DNA of 63,659 nucleotides, filler included, from Octopus bimaculoides (GCF_001194135.2; 8 parts of 6 records of this genome joined end to end with filler, not necessarily neighbours in it); one strand, 5' to 3'; shown: positions 12,406 through 24,132, counted from the first letter of the whole stretch. The notes: a model not told the origin generated them from the letters alone. Translations and numbers: made by a program.

Positions 12406-12708
12406 AAGAAAGAGAGAGAGAGAGAAAGAAGGAAAGAGAGAGAGATAAATGAAATTTATCATTTATTTATTATGTATATATGTATGAATGGCTTCAGTGA
12501 CACACACTCACATACACGCACGCAGGTTTTAATCGATTTTCTCTGTAAGTATGGGGGGCTAAGAAAAAAAATAGAAAGCGCGTTCCAATCTATGCACCCG
12601 TCTCCACATGTGTGCCATTTTTCACGCGAATCCATCCAGCCGTTTGGCTGTAAACCTCAAGACAAGAAAGAATTCAACGGTCGGCCAACTTCAATTTATA
12701 TTATAGAT
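11595..12708 (+). mobile_element. Non-autonomous Helitron/Helentron-like (HINE/Lep1-like) element spanning a gap
   Basis: Starts at ACTAGCAGCTAAACCCGGTTCCACCCGG after (TA)n, contains an internal microsatellite, and ends ATCCATCCAGCCGTTTGGCTG...TTTATATTATAGAT. This matches the general ACTAG...TATAGAT layout of such elements. Confidence 0.5.
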
Positions 12709-13836
12709 ATAATAATCTTTAGTTGAATATATTCAAAGAGAATATTATATACTGAATTTATTTATATCGAGTGCTGTATTGTATCAAAATACTAATAATA
12801 TTAAAGTATTTAACACGAGCAACTGTATATACATTTTTATCATATATTATTATTAGAATCATGAAATCAATATTGGAAAATTCATCGGAAAGGTATAGAT
12901 ATGTGTAGAGTAATTATTGTATTAAAATTATTAGTAAAAATATATGTAAATATATATGTAAATATGTATAAGTATAAATGTATAATATAATAATAATATA
13001 TATGTCAGTTTAAAAATTTTGAATTATATTTTAAGTTATCTTACGATCGTTTCACAAAAGGGCTGTCATAATAATGGAATCCTATATTGATAAACATTTA
13101 TAGACAACTCTTCTGCTCTTCAGAGATATAAAGTTTTAGAAATATATAATTTATCGAATGTTTTTTTTTATATAGATATAAAGTAATAATATAAAAGGTG
13201 ATTGTTTGAAATATTTAAAAATCAAAATTAGAAGTTACTGTTTTGCATTTTGATAAGTATACTAAATGTCAGACTTTAATTCATATTTTCGTAATTTCTT
13301 CTTTGGTTGGTCCACAATAGTGATTCATAATATTTGTGTGTAGAATCAATTATATTATCTTTTTATGATATTTGGTAGATAAATTTTGGTATGATATTTT
13401 TGTAGTTCATATATACCTCCTTGGTTGTTCTGTGGTAATCCATGAATTGTATATAGAATCCATTCATTGTTATATATATCAAGTTTAAATAATTTAATAT
13501 CAGGTTATGTTGGATGTTATAAAATTATAGATTGGTTAAAATTTTTCTTTTATATTTTATGTTTTTATAATTGGAAGATGCCAATTGAAATTCATTTTGA
13601 TTTTTAAATTTAATGTAATTATAAATGTCTATTTGTTATAGATTAGATATTCAGTGGTTTTAATTATAAGAGAATCAGTTCATTCTTTATTTAATTTATA
13701 AGTTATAATTTATGTCTTATAAATGTGAGTATAGTCAAATAATTTTAATTATAATCTATTAGCTATCAGTCTATTTGTAAGTATCACCTAATATTTTGAA
13801 AACAAAAAGAAAAAATGAAAAGAATTTATGTCGTCA

Positions 13837-15175
13837 TTAATCTAAATCTTTATTCGATCTCCTATAATATTTAAAGGTTTTATAAAACCTATGTCTACAT
13901 GTTGAAAATGCTTCTGATTGACAATTTATTAGGTTCTTTTGTTTATATAATAATGTATACAGTGATTCTTTCGTACAGAGATGGCAACTACTAGACTTGT
14001 GCGTATATGGTGTGGCTGAATCTATTATTGACCAATGTAATTTATAGTTAATTTTGTTTTTCTTAAGTTTATGTATATATGTAGCTAATGATGTCTTATT
14101 GTTAGCTATGTTTGGTTTATGCGCTAAAAATCTTTGTTTGAAATTTATAGAACTACCTATATATACCATGCTATGTACATTATTAATTATTGTAACTGTG
14201 CATTTATATATTACATTAAATCTTTTACAGTTGCCTTTTAGAGGGCTTAATTTATTATTTTTACATGAACATATTTTATTATTGTTTTTATGTTTCTGTT
14301 CAGATGAACATTGTCCAGTATTGATATGGTTATTTGTGGTAACTGGTATTATTATTGAGTTTATTGTAGTATTATATATCGCAAAATTAAATACGTTTAT
14401 TGTTTGTGGATTATTATTATTTCTATTATTATTTTTATTTTTATTGGTGTGTGGTATTGTATTGTCTAGGGCTTTTTGTGTATTATCGAATGTATAATAT
14501 TTGGGATTTTGCTGGGGATTTGTTATATTAATGTTATTGTTAGGTGTTCCAGTATTTTGTGTATTATATATATATTCTTATTGGTACTGTTTATCTTACT
14601 ACTACTACTATTATTGTTATCATTATTACAACTGTTTTTATAATTGTTAATTTTTCTTTTATTCCAACTGGAGATAATGGATCCTATGTTTGGTATTGTG
14701 GAGAAGGATATTTTAATTGTTGATCTATTAAATATTATTATTTTTAACTATATTTAAAATTCTTTTTGCTAAACCTTTCACATTTAAGGAAAATAGAGGT
14801 GTGTAACAAATGATTTCTCTCTTTCCGCTCCTAATAGGTAGTTTATTGTGATTATATATTGGTTTTGGGATTTGTATATTTTTCGCTGAGTATTTATTGT
14901 TATTATTATATTTAGTTGTTTGCCTATCATTATCTTTTCCAGGTTTCTTATTGTATTGTATAGGAGTTTCTTTATTTTGCATTAGATGTGTGTTATTGTT
15001 ATATTTGTATTTAAGGTTATCTTTATTTCCTATTTTAGTTTCGCTTATCTCTTTGTTTCTTATTTATCTATGTATTTGCTTATTGAACGTTATAACGGGC
15101 AAAACTTAGAATTTTTTTAATTATCCACCCGTTCTTGAACATTCCATAGGGAAATATACTTATTTGTTTATCAAC
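13837..15175 (-). mobile_element. Penelope-like element: RT C-terminus, Asn-rich linker, GIY-YIG endonuclease
   Basis: RSGKREIICYTPLFSLNVKGLAKRIL (PLE RK..W.NPPFS-like motif) and VYIGSSINFKQRFLAHK...TSLATYIHKLK...WSII..ATPY......CHLCTKE...INCQSEAFSTCRHR*. Confidence 0.92.
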
Positions 15176-15199
15176 AGCTATATAAAGGCGCAGACCTTC

Positions 15200-15261
15200 A
15201 GTCTGTAACTAGTTTGATAAGTGCCAATGCATGAAACTCTCGGACTCTGTTGCTTCTGCTG

Positions 15262-15262
<1 letters not shown>
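15200..15262 (+). ncRNA. Degenerate hammerhead-like motif, oriented opposite to the adjacent PLE body (possible inverted pLTR)
   Basis: TTGATAA-GTGC-CAAT-GCAT-GAAAC: a stem II hairpin flanked by a decayed CUGAUGA and an intact GAAA. Stems I and III are not convincing. Confidence 0.35.
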
Positions 15263-15338
<76 letters not shown>

Positions 15339-16145
15339 ACAAGTGAAGGTCTGGAATAGGTCACCCACATAAGGTGGATTTTCTCCGTTTTGACAGGGGT
15401 TTTTCTGGGGTTTTTTTTGCCACACACTTCAAGATGATGAGCTTTTAATGAAAAGCTTATATATGTATGTGTAGTTGTGTGTATACACATATATGTATGT
15501 GAGAAATAACATGCTTTTCTTCGTAAAATNNNNNNNNNNNNNNNNNNNNNNNNNNNNNNNNNNNNNNNNNNNNNNNNNNNNNNNNNNNNNNNNNNNNNNN
15601 NNNNNNNNNNNNNNNNNNNNNNNNNNNNNNNNNNNNNNNNNNNNNNNNNNNNNNNNNNNNNNNNNNNNNNNNNNNNNNNNNNNNNNNNNNNNNNNNNNNN
15701 NNNNNNNNNNNNNNNNNNNNNNNNNNNNNNNNNNNNNNNNNNNNNNNNNNNNNNNNNNNNNNNNNNNNNNNNNNNNNNNNNNNNNNNNNNNNNNNNNNNN
15801 NNNNNNNNNNNNNNNNNNNNNNNNNNNNNNNNNNNNNNNNNNNNNNNNNNNNNNNNNNNNNNNNNNNNNNNNNNNNNNNNNNNNNNNNNNNNNNNNNNNN
15901 NNNNNNNNNNNNNNNNNNNNNNNNNNNNNNNNNNNNNNNNNNNNNNNNNNNNNNNNNNNNNNNNNNNNNNNNNNNNNNNNNNNNNNNNNNNNNNNNNNNN
16001 NNNNNNNNNNNNNNNNNNNNNNNNNNNNNNNNNNNNNNNNNNNNNNNNNNNNNNNNNNNNNNNNNNNNNNNNNNNNNNNNNNNNNNNNNNNNNNNNNNNN
16101 NNNNNNNNNNNNNNNNNNNNNNNNNNNNNNNNNNNNNNNNNNNNN

Positions 16146-16183
<38 letters not shown>

Positions 16184-16189
16184 AGTAAG

Positions 16190-16345
16190 CATAAATGCAA
16201 AATGAAGTGGAAAAAATAGTTCTCGAATTCCAAAGGTAGAGTAATATGCTTTTATTAGAGCTACAAAATTGTCACAAAAATGTTACTCAAACTTTCGCGT
16301 TCCCGTCCGATGAACGGGAACGCGAAACTCGAATTAACAGTTCTG
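16190..16345. mobile_element. Fold-back PLE pLTR, same family as 58343-58575, centre deleted
   Basis: 16190-16290 is the reverse complement of the 58470-58575-type sequence (AAAGCATATTACTCTACC...TTTTTTCCAC). TTTCGCGTTCCCGT (16293-16306) pairs with ACGGGAACGCGAAA (16314-16327) around CCGATGA. Confidence 0.75.
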
Positions 16346-16504
16346 TGATAGCTTTGCAGCTGTAATAAAAGTAAATATATATGTATTTCCACCTTTTTAA
16401 TGGTCATTATCGGCAATGATTTGTTTTTCTTCCATTCGTGGTCAGCTTCGGCTGGCCGATATGCGTTCACGGGGTGTTCTTATACTATTTTGAAATTATA
16501 TTTA

Positions 16505-16585
16505 TCATCTGATGAATACAGATTTTTGCTATGATATAATGTACTCATTCATCTATTAAAAATGAGTAAGAAACAGTTGTAATGA
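16505..16585 (+). ncRNA. Type I hammerhead-like fold with long stem II insert
   Basis: TCAT-CTGATGA-(~54 nt including hairpin TACTCATT/AATGAGTA)-GAA-ACAGTTGT-A-ATGA. The core is canonical, stem III is near-palindromic and the site is GUA. A related 3' half (GAAACGGCTGTAATGAACT) occurs at ~18170-18188. Confidence 0.55.
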
Positions 16586-16689
16586 ACTGATATTTATCCA
16601 TTGTCTGTTATTCATTTGGATGTATGTATGTATATATATATGTGTGTATGTATGTGTGTGTGTGTGTGTGCGTGTGCGTGTATGTGCGT

Positions 16690-17012
16690 AACTGCGGCCA
16701 TGCTGGTGTATCACCTTCAAGGGTTTTAGTCGAACAAGTCGACCCCATGACTTACCTTTTTAATACTTAGCACTTATTCTATCGGTCTCTTTTGCCGAAC
16801 CGCTAAGTTACGTGGGCGTAAATACACCAACACCGGTTGTCAAGCTGCGGTGGGGGAAACCTCAGACACAAAGACATACACACATAGATATAGATATACA
16901 GAGATATACGACGGGCTTCTTTTAGTTTCCGTCACAAGGCCCGAAGCTATAGTAGAAGACATTTGCCCAAGGTGCTATACAGTGAGACTGAACCGAGAAC
17001 TACACAACCACT
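16690..17012 (-). mobile_element. tRNA-derived SINE (family A), partly deleted head
   Basis: Reverse complement of the family A body and tail (CCGAACCGCTAAGTTAC, GACGGGCTTCTTT, GCGGCCATGCTGG). Confidence 0.85.
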
Positions 17013-17029
17013 TCTGTATGTGTATATAC

Positions 17030-17630
17030 ATAAGTGAAAAAATGTATTGTAAATGCACAAACGAAAACTAAAAAAAAAGAACGTGTAATGAATGCACAGA
17101 TGAACAGAAAAACGTATATTGAGTGCACAAACGGACGGAAAACAAAAACAGGAGGCCCCTAATTCTTCATCAGTTATCAACCAGATGGGATTACTCAGTA
17201 TCGCACCATTAATGATAAGACTGAGATGCTTCCCATGCTGGCGGTGCTCGCGAAAGTTGCGGAGAATATTAGACCGAGAACACACAATACATAGAATACA
17301 CGTGATACAGAAGTAGACAAAAGAAAGTGAATAAGTGTAATCCAAAACGATGAACGAAGACAAAGACGAAATAAATAAGAAACGAACAGAATACAGGCTT
17401 AGGGCCAAAAGAACGAATGGTAGGTAGCACTTAGAGAGCAATCTTAAAGGATTCGAAAGGCAACAAATAGACGACTAGTCAGCTACGCGACCGGTGTAAA
17501 AAAAGGGAAATAAAAGCTGGCCACAGGTCACGTGTCAACAGCAGGCAGAGGAGAAAGAGGGGCGAGAAAGAGAGCGAGAGTGGGAGAGAGAAAAAGGGAG
17601 AAAGAAGAAAGGCTAGAAATAGAATGAAAA

Positions 17631-17683
<53 letters not shown>

Positions 17684-17860
17684 AAGGGGAAGACACAAAG
17701 AGAGAAAAAAAGAGAAAGAGGACAGGCTAGAAATAGAAGTCGCACGTATATATAAATAACTAACTGTTAAAAAAACTAGGATGCGTTGCGTTCTATTACT
17801 TAATAAGTTTAAAAAATGTGTAAAAATGCACAAACGAAAAGTAAAAAAGCGTATAATGTA

Positions 17861-17870
<10 letters not shown>
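17030..17870 (-). mobile_element. Dispersed repeat family, probably PLE 3' UTR/pLTR; related copies at 19560-20165 (-), 40310-40700 (+) and 57125-57260 (-)
   Basis: Shared blocks GACAAAGACGAAATAA...CAGAATACAG..TTAGGGCC (17357-17410, 19650-19700, reverse complement at 40350-40420) and GATAACTGATGA (17165-17176 rc, 20146-20157 rc variant, 40614-40625). Confidence 0.6.
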
Positions 17871-17909
<39 letters not shown>

Positions 17910-18343
17910 GAGAGAGTGGACAAATGAATGAAAGGCATTGAACCAATTTATTGGGAGTTACATGTATAGATCAAAATAGCTTGATTCAAATTCGTTGTCA
18001 GTAGGTGCTAGTTCCTCTCGGAATCCTTATATGTAGTGGAGTAGGATTATGGTTAGTCCTACAACCTCATTGGTCAGCTATTTTTTGAAAACCATGACGT
18101 GGTTCTGATTCGTTGATGGTTAACAAATTAAACAAAACAAATCAAATAAATGAATAAAACAATGGCCAGAAACGGCTGTAATGAACTAACACCTACTGAC
18201 AATCTGCTCATTTTCTCATTTCTGTACTACTAATACATGTGTATGTATTCATCTAATACATTGGAATAACTGGATATACTAGAATGTTTACCGGCTGATG
18301 TCTGTCGATTTTGTATCCCCTCTACTTTCTTATTTGCCATATA

Positions 18344-18374
<31 letters not shown>

Positions 18375-18418
18375 NNNNNNNNNNNNNNNNNNNNNNNNNN
18401 NNNNNNNNNNNNNNNNNN

Positions 18419-18430
18419 TTAATTAATTAA
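18419..18430. other. Artificial scaffold-joining linker TTAATTAATTAA in a 100-bp N spacer; also at 38395, 43866, 46842, 49257, 56722 and 62041
   Basis: Each is 44 N + TTAATTAATTAA + 44 N. The 12-mer places stop codons in all six frames. Confidence 0.97.
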
Positions 18431-18474
18431 NNNNNNNNNNNNNNNNNNNNNNNNNNNNNNNNNNNNNNNNNNNN

Positions 18475-18487
18475 GCTCTTCCGATCT
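18475..18487 (+). other. Illumina adapter remnant GCTCTTCCGATCT
   Basis: Exact 3' end of the TruSeq adapter, as the first 13 bases of a scaffold piece. Confidence 0.9.
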
Positions 18488-18740
18488 CACACACACACAC
18501 ACACACAACAGACAAACTCACACACATACACTCACGCACGTGTGTTTGTATTGCTATGCGAATATGTAAGATCTTGCTACAAACTACATATTTGCGTATT
18601 TTCCTTATTTGATTAGTATTCTAAGTTTCGAATTAGCTGTCTCGATTCTTGCTTAATTGGGACTTACATTCCAATATAGATGCTGAGGCTGTTCGTTGCG
18701 CATAGATGCAGCTATATACTAATGTATGTGCATATGCAAT

Positions 18741-18794
<54 letters not shown>

Positions 18795-19498
18795 NNNNNN
18801 NNNNNNNNNNNNNNNNNNNNNNNNNNNNNNNNNNNNNNNNNNNNNNNNNNNNNNNNNNNNNNNNNNNNNNNNNNNNNNNNNNNNNNNNNNNNNNNNNNNN
18901 NNNNNNNNNNNNNNNNNNNNNNNNNNNNNNNNNNNNNNNNNNNNNNNNNNNNNNNNNNNNNNNNNNNNNNNNNNNNNNNNNNNNNNNNNNNNNNNNNNNN
19001 NNNNNNNNNNNNNNNNNNNNNNNNNNNNNNNNNNNNNNNNNNNNNNNNNNNNNNNNNNNNNNNNNNNNNNNNNNNNNNNNNNNNNNNNNNNNNNNNNNNN
19101 NNNNNNNNNNNNNNNNNNNNNNNNNNNNNNNNNNNNNNNNTGTACATAATAATAGAGGTTAGAACTTTTTCTTAAAAAACTCTTTTCATTGGCTAGCCTA
19201 TAAAAGGAAACCGATTAAGGTGAAATTATATGTATAATTATAATAAGGGCTTAGAAACAAATTTTTTCTTGCTTATATGCTGAGAAATAGACGCTAAATC
19301 GTCTCACCAATAAAAGAAATCAATGAAACTTTACCTAGCATCGAACGGTTATCAGCTGCTATTTCCAGCAAAAATTGGTACTTTGTTGTTCCACTATTTC
19401 CTATGTATAATTCTACCTATACGGAGCTTTATTTCGCTGGAAAATAATAATATCGTATTGAAAACGATACTATTGTACTGTAATAATATTTATAATTT

Positions 19499-19536
<38 letters not shown>

Positions 19537-20300
19537 TATGTAATCACATTTAATTTTATACCTAGAACATATATAAAATAGATATGCAACACAAAAGTGG
19601 ACATACGAGCATGAATACAAGAAGAGATCATTAGTGAACGGCCGAGAGGACAAGGACGAAATAAGTAAACAGAATACAGATTTAGGGCCGTACAGAGACG
19701 AAAATGTGGATAATGCACAGAGGAAATCCAAAAGGATTAAGACAGAAGTGCATCAGACAGCGAATCAGGCTTAAGTGGGAGTCCACAGAAAATACGACCG
19801 GTTGCTTCAGTGGTCGGCGTGAAAATGAAAGAGAAAGAGAAAAAGAAAATAAGATGACCACGGGTCACGTGTAGGAAGGAGAAAAGTGGTAGAAGGTAGA
19901 GAGATGTACACAGGGCAGAGAAGAAGGAGGAGAAAGAGGGAGAGAAAGTAGGAAGAGACAGAGGGAGAGGAAAAGGAGAAAGAAGCGGGAAAGGAAAAAG
20001 AAGGTAAAAATAGCTTGCAAATATATCAAATCACTTACTGTAAATAAAGCCAAGGGGACGTAGCGTTCCATTAATTGATAAGGTAGGAACATAATAAATG
20101 CACAAAACAAAAGGAAAACAGACAGAGAAGGTCACCAACTCGTTATCAGTTATCGGCCGGAGCGTCAAACCTAATTTTGCGCCTTTAACGATAATATTGA
20201 TTCCATTCCAGTGTGTGTATATATAAGGTATATGGTAGTTGTCTAACTTTAATATATATGTATATATATATATGGGGGTGGGTATATGTACACACAGTGC

Positions 20301-20540
20301 AGGCGCAATTGCCCAGTGGTTAGGGCAGCGGACTCACGGTCATAGGATCGCGGTTTTCGATTCTCAGACCAGGCGTTGTGAGTGTTTATTGAGCGAAAAC
20401 ACCTAAAACTCCACGAGGCTCTGGCAGGGGATGGTGGCGAACTCTGCTGTACTCTTTCACCACAACTTTCTCTTACTTCCTGTTTCTGTTGTGCCTGTAA
20501 TTCAAAGCGTCAGCCTTGTCACACTGTGTCACGCTGTACA
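20301..20540 (+). mobile_element. tRNA-derived SINE (family B), 3'-truncated
   Basis: GGCGCAATTGCCCAGTGGTTAGGGCAGCGGACTCACGG...GGTTTTCGATTCTCAGACC (A/B boxes), followed by a non-tRNA body. Confidence 0.8.
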
Positions 20541-20899
20541 CACTCTTTTATATTGTCCAGTAGACCTGAAATGAATCTAGCAAAATTTTGAAATCTTGGT
20601 TCACTAAATTCACAAATATCTGGAATATTCTTTATCTATATACATGCTTAATTCCTTTTAACGTTTTTAACACCAGACAGGGCGAAATATTCAGAAACTC
20701 AATGAGTATTAGATTTATTTATTTTTTTTTTGTTTTGTTTTTGTATGAATTATAATATTTCCTGTGCTAATACAGTGGAAAGACCTCATTTATTAAGCAT
20801 CAGAGCTGTTTCTAATGATCACACGTCTAATATCGTAATCACACGGATAATATATTCATGCCTAATATTTCAAAATATTTTAAGCGTTTTTGGATTGTG

Positions 20900-22330
20900 A
20901 GAGGCGGTATCTATATCAATTTATATCAGAAATATTAATATTGTTGTTATTATTGTTCAAAGAATGATTACTGCTAATAATATCACTGTTATTATTTTCA
21001 TTACGTGGATTTGTATTTAACAACTTATTGTTTCGCGAAGAAATGATTTGTGAAAAGTTTTTGGTGTTTGAAAAACCTTTCCTAATCCGGTGTGAATTGA
21101 CAATTTTTTCGAAGATTCTTGCCTGTGGCTGCACGGAAGTGGTAAGGAAGGTTGGTTTTGATCTGCTTATCAAATGGAATGATCAGCTAAACTGTTTTAC
21201 TAGGACATACTTTGTTATTAGGGTAATTATCTTTAAAAATCCTAGACCTATTTTTATTACTTATAAAGGGATATAAAGAACGGTTATTTCCCTTACACTG
21301 TAAAATTACATTTTTTTCCGATTTATTGCTGTTTTGGAACTAAAATTTATATTGTTATAACCGTTATGATGTGTTTCATGTCCTGATTAATAGAGGCAGA
21401 ATTAATGTCAATAGAGTTAATATAGATCATTTTTCTTTATAAAATTCGGCTTTATCGTAGAAGATATTAACATTAGCAAATAATCTAGAAAGTCTAAGTG
21501 AAATATTTCTAAGTTCCTTGTAATAGCCTTCGGATGATTACTGAAAGAGCTAATATATTTAAAATTAGTTGAGGGTTTATGGTATGGGAAACATTAATCC
21601 TTATATAAGTTAAAGGTAATATCCAAAAAGTTGGCTTTAGTTATATCATCCTCGAAAATAATGTTTAAGCCCATGTTTCGACCTATTTTACCCTAAATTT
21701 ACCCGACCTATTTTTAACCCTTTCTAATTTTTTGTTAGAAACATTTTGAAGGTAGTGTAGACAATTATCACGATATAAACCTCCATCGATGTTTGGGAAT
21801 TGGTTAGCCATCTCATAAAAGGTTTATATACCCACCAAATCTGCCAATTGTGCTGAGTCAGAACTTCCCATCGTGACACCAATACTGTCAGGCATATCTT
21901 TACGGGCCCATAGCTTATTTTAAAATTTAATGATTGATTTTCTGGCAGCTAACACCACTTTAATTTCATCCCGGGTGAGACCTGTTTTGTTGTGTGCGAA
22001 ACTAGAGTGCTTTGTTGAGTACAATTGGGTTAATAGAGGAATAGGAACTAGAAATGCCCAACTTGATAAACTTAGTGCATTTCTTGTTATTAATAGAATT
22101 AAACCAGTCGACCACTTGGAACGAATTAGACCATAAATTAAGCTTTAATTTTTTTTTAACTAAAGAAGGAATGTATTTATCTAGAATATTTTTGCTAAGT
22201 ACACCGATATCAGAGCTAGAAGGACAAATAAGTCATAAGGTTGAGTTATTACAAACATTATTCTAGTATTCATTAATTAAAATTATCTCTCTAGGCAGAT
22301 AGACTGTTACACGTTTAGTTTTCTTTTCCT
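20900..22330 (-). mobile_element. Penelope-like element reverse transcriptase, decayed
   Basis: RLICPSSSDIGVLSKNILDK...NLWSNSFQVVDWFNSINNKK, VTMGSSDSAQLADLVGIY, GGLYRDN (YRDD-like), ANFLDITFNLY, FSNHPKAIT..ISLRLSRL, then RIRKGFSNTKN. Confidence 0.92.
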
Positions 22331-22424
22331 ACGTTACTGAGGTAATTTTGGTATACATATATATATGCAACGTGAAATAATTCTGATTTTAAGTGTCGAA
22401 ACCGGGAAAAAGATTCAACCTAGT

Positions 22425-22479
<55 letters not shown>

Positions 22480-22520
22480 GTCTGTCTGTCTGTCTGTCCG
22501 TCCGTCCGTCCGTCCGTCCC

Positions 22521-22560
<40 letters not shown>

Positions 22561-22641
22561 TCTGNNNNNNNNNNCTCGTCATCATCATCGTCGTCGCCCT
22601 CCTTCTCTACCCCCTCCTCCTCCTCCTCCTCCTCCTCCTAT

Positions 22642-22712
<71 letters not shown>
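22425..22712. repeat. Compound microsatellite (CTAT)n/(CTGT)n/(CCGT)n/(CCT)n/(TAC)n
   Basis: Read directly. It is the source of the poly-Leu/Tyr/Val ORFs in the track. Confidence 0.95.
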
Positions 22713-23389
22713 TGCTAGTTGGGAGAGCGATATGAGTAGCAATAATATTAATGACATATTTTCTCAATTTGGTACCGTGTTGCATAATTACATTTGTATT
22801 GATATAGCTGATCGAATTAACATAACAATTTAACTATAGGCGGTATTGGAAAACCAGAAGATACAGATATGGATGCAAATTACTATGTCGTTTATATTAA
22901 AGTTCTATCGTTTCGGTCAGTTCACCAATCCATTACAGATAATTACTAGCATATTCATTTCTAGAATTGACACAGGCTACATATTCTGACTAAGAACGTT
23001 TGAACAAATAAACAACAATATGTTAATGCTACTTGTTTTAAAAAAACTGAATCATTAATGAAAAACTAGCAGCTAGATCGATTGAATTCATAAAATAAAC
23101 ATCACTTTAATATGTGTTTAGTTGAAAATTTAGTTGAAAATGATGTCGCTTTCATACAGGAAATGTCCCTTTATAGATGCATTGTGTTAAATAAAAGAGT
23201 TAGACGAAACGAAATCGCCTCAGAAATGACTGCGAGAGCAACAGACACGTATATCGGCGTTAAGATGCATGCAAAGAGATTTTTCCCAGACGAAAACCGT
23301 AGCCTCTGTCTTTTAAACATTTTGAATACGTTATGTTGTGTTGATAAAAGTTTATACTATAGAGCTATTATATGGAAACATCGACATCA

Positions 23390-23535
23390 AAGTTTGGCAC
23401 AAGGTCAGCAAGTTCAGGGGAGGAGCTAAGACGATTACATCGACCCCAGTGCTCGACTGGTACTTATTTTGTCAACCCCAAAATGATAAAAGGCAAAATC
23501 GACTTCGGTGAAATTTGAGTAATACGGAAATATTT
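23390..23535 (-). mobile_element. tRNA-derived SINE (family D); other copies at 45880-46068 (-), 49355-49515 (+) and three at 60865-61540 (-)
   Basis: Shared CGACCCCAG..C..CTGGTACTTATTTT.TC.ACCCC.AAA..AT.AAAGGCAAA.TCGAC.TCGG..AATTTGA. The GCCTTTCATCC...TCGATAAAATAAGTACCAG core resembles the Meta-type SINE central domain (from memory, not searched). Confidence 0.8.
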
Positions 23536-23764
23536 CATAGTGATCTCAACTAATTCTGACATCCATTACTCCATGCATACTGTATAATTTGAACAGAAAA
23601 CCAGGTATTTTGCAGAGATGTGGTTTGGAGATTTTATAAAAATTTATAGATTCCCATCATATTAATGATGGTAGAAAATCGAAAAGCATGGTGGTTTGTG
23701 TGGTACAAAGATTAATGAGTTATATTCCACATAGGCACAAGTAATGAAATTTTGGGAGGCGTAG

Positions 23765-24132
23765 AAGTGGCTGTGTGGCAAGTAACTTGCTTACCAACCA
23801 CATGTTTCCGGGTTCAGTCCCACTGCGTGGCACCTTGGGTAACTGTCTTCTACTATAGCTTCGGGCCGACCAAAGCCTTGTGAGTAGATTTGGTAGACGG
23901 AAACTGAAAGAAGCCCGTCGTGTATATGNNNNNNNNNNTGTGTGTGTGTGTCCAACATCGCTTGACAACCGATGGTGGTGTGTTTACGCCCCCATAACTT
24001 AGCGGTTCGGCAAAACGGACCGATAGAATAAGTACTAGGCTTACAAAGATTAAGTCCTGGGGTCGATTTGCTCAACTAAACGAGGTGCTCCAGCATGGCC
24101 ACAGTTAAATGACTGAAACAAGTAAAAGAGTA
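23765..24132 (+). mobile_element. tRNA-derived SINE (family A), near full length with central microsatellite and CR1-like tail
   Basis: Head GTGGCTGTGTGG.AAGTAACTTGCTTACCAACCAC...CCGGGTTCAGTCCCACTGCG. Tail GGTGCTCCAGCATGGCCACAGTTAAATGACTGAAACAAGTAAAAGAG. Confidence 0.9.

Noticed and set aside
18419-18430. TTAATTAATTAA as a biological motif (PacI-like site or piggyBac TTAA target)
   Set aside because: It is always centred in a 100-bp N spacer, so it is an assembly linker.
20301-20375. tRNA genes at SINE heads (also 3030-3107 and 23765-23830)
   Set aside because: A/B boxes are present, but the cloverleaf is imperfect and each continues into a repeated SINE body.
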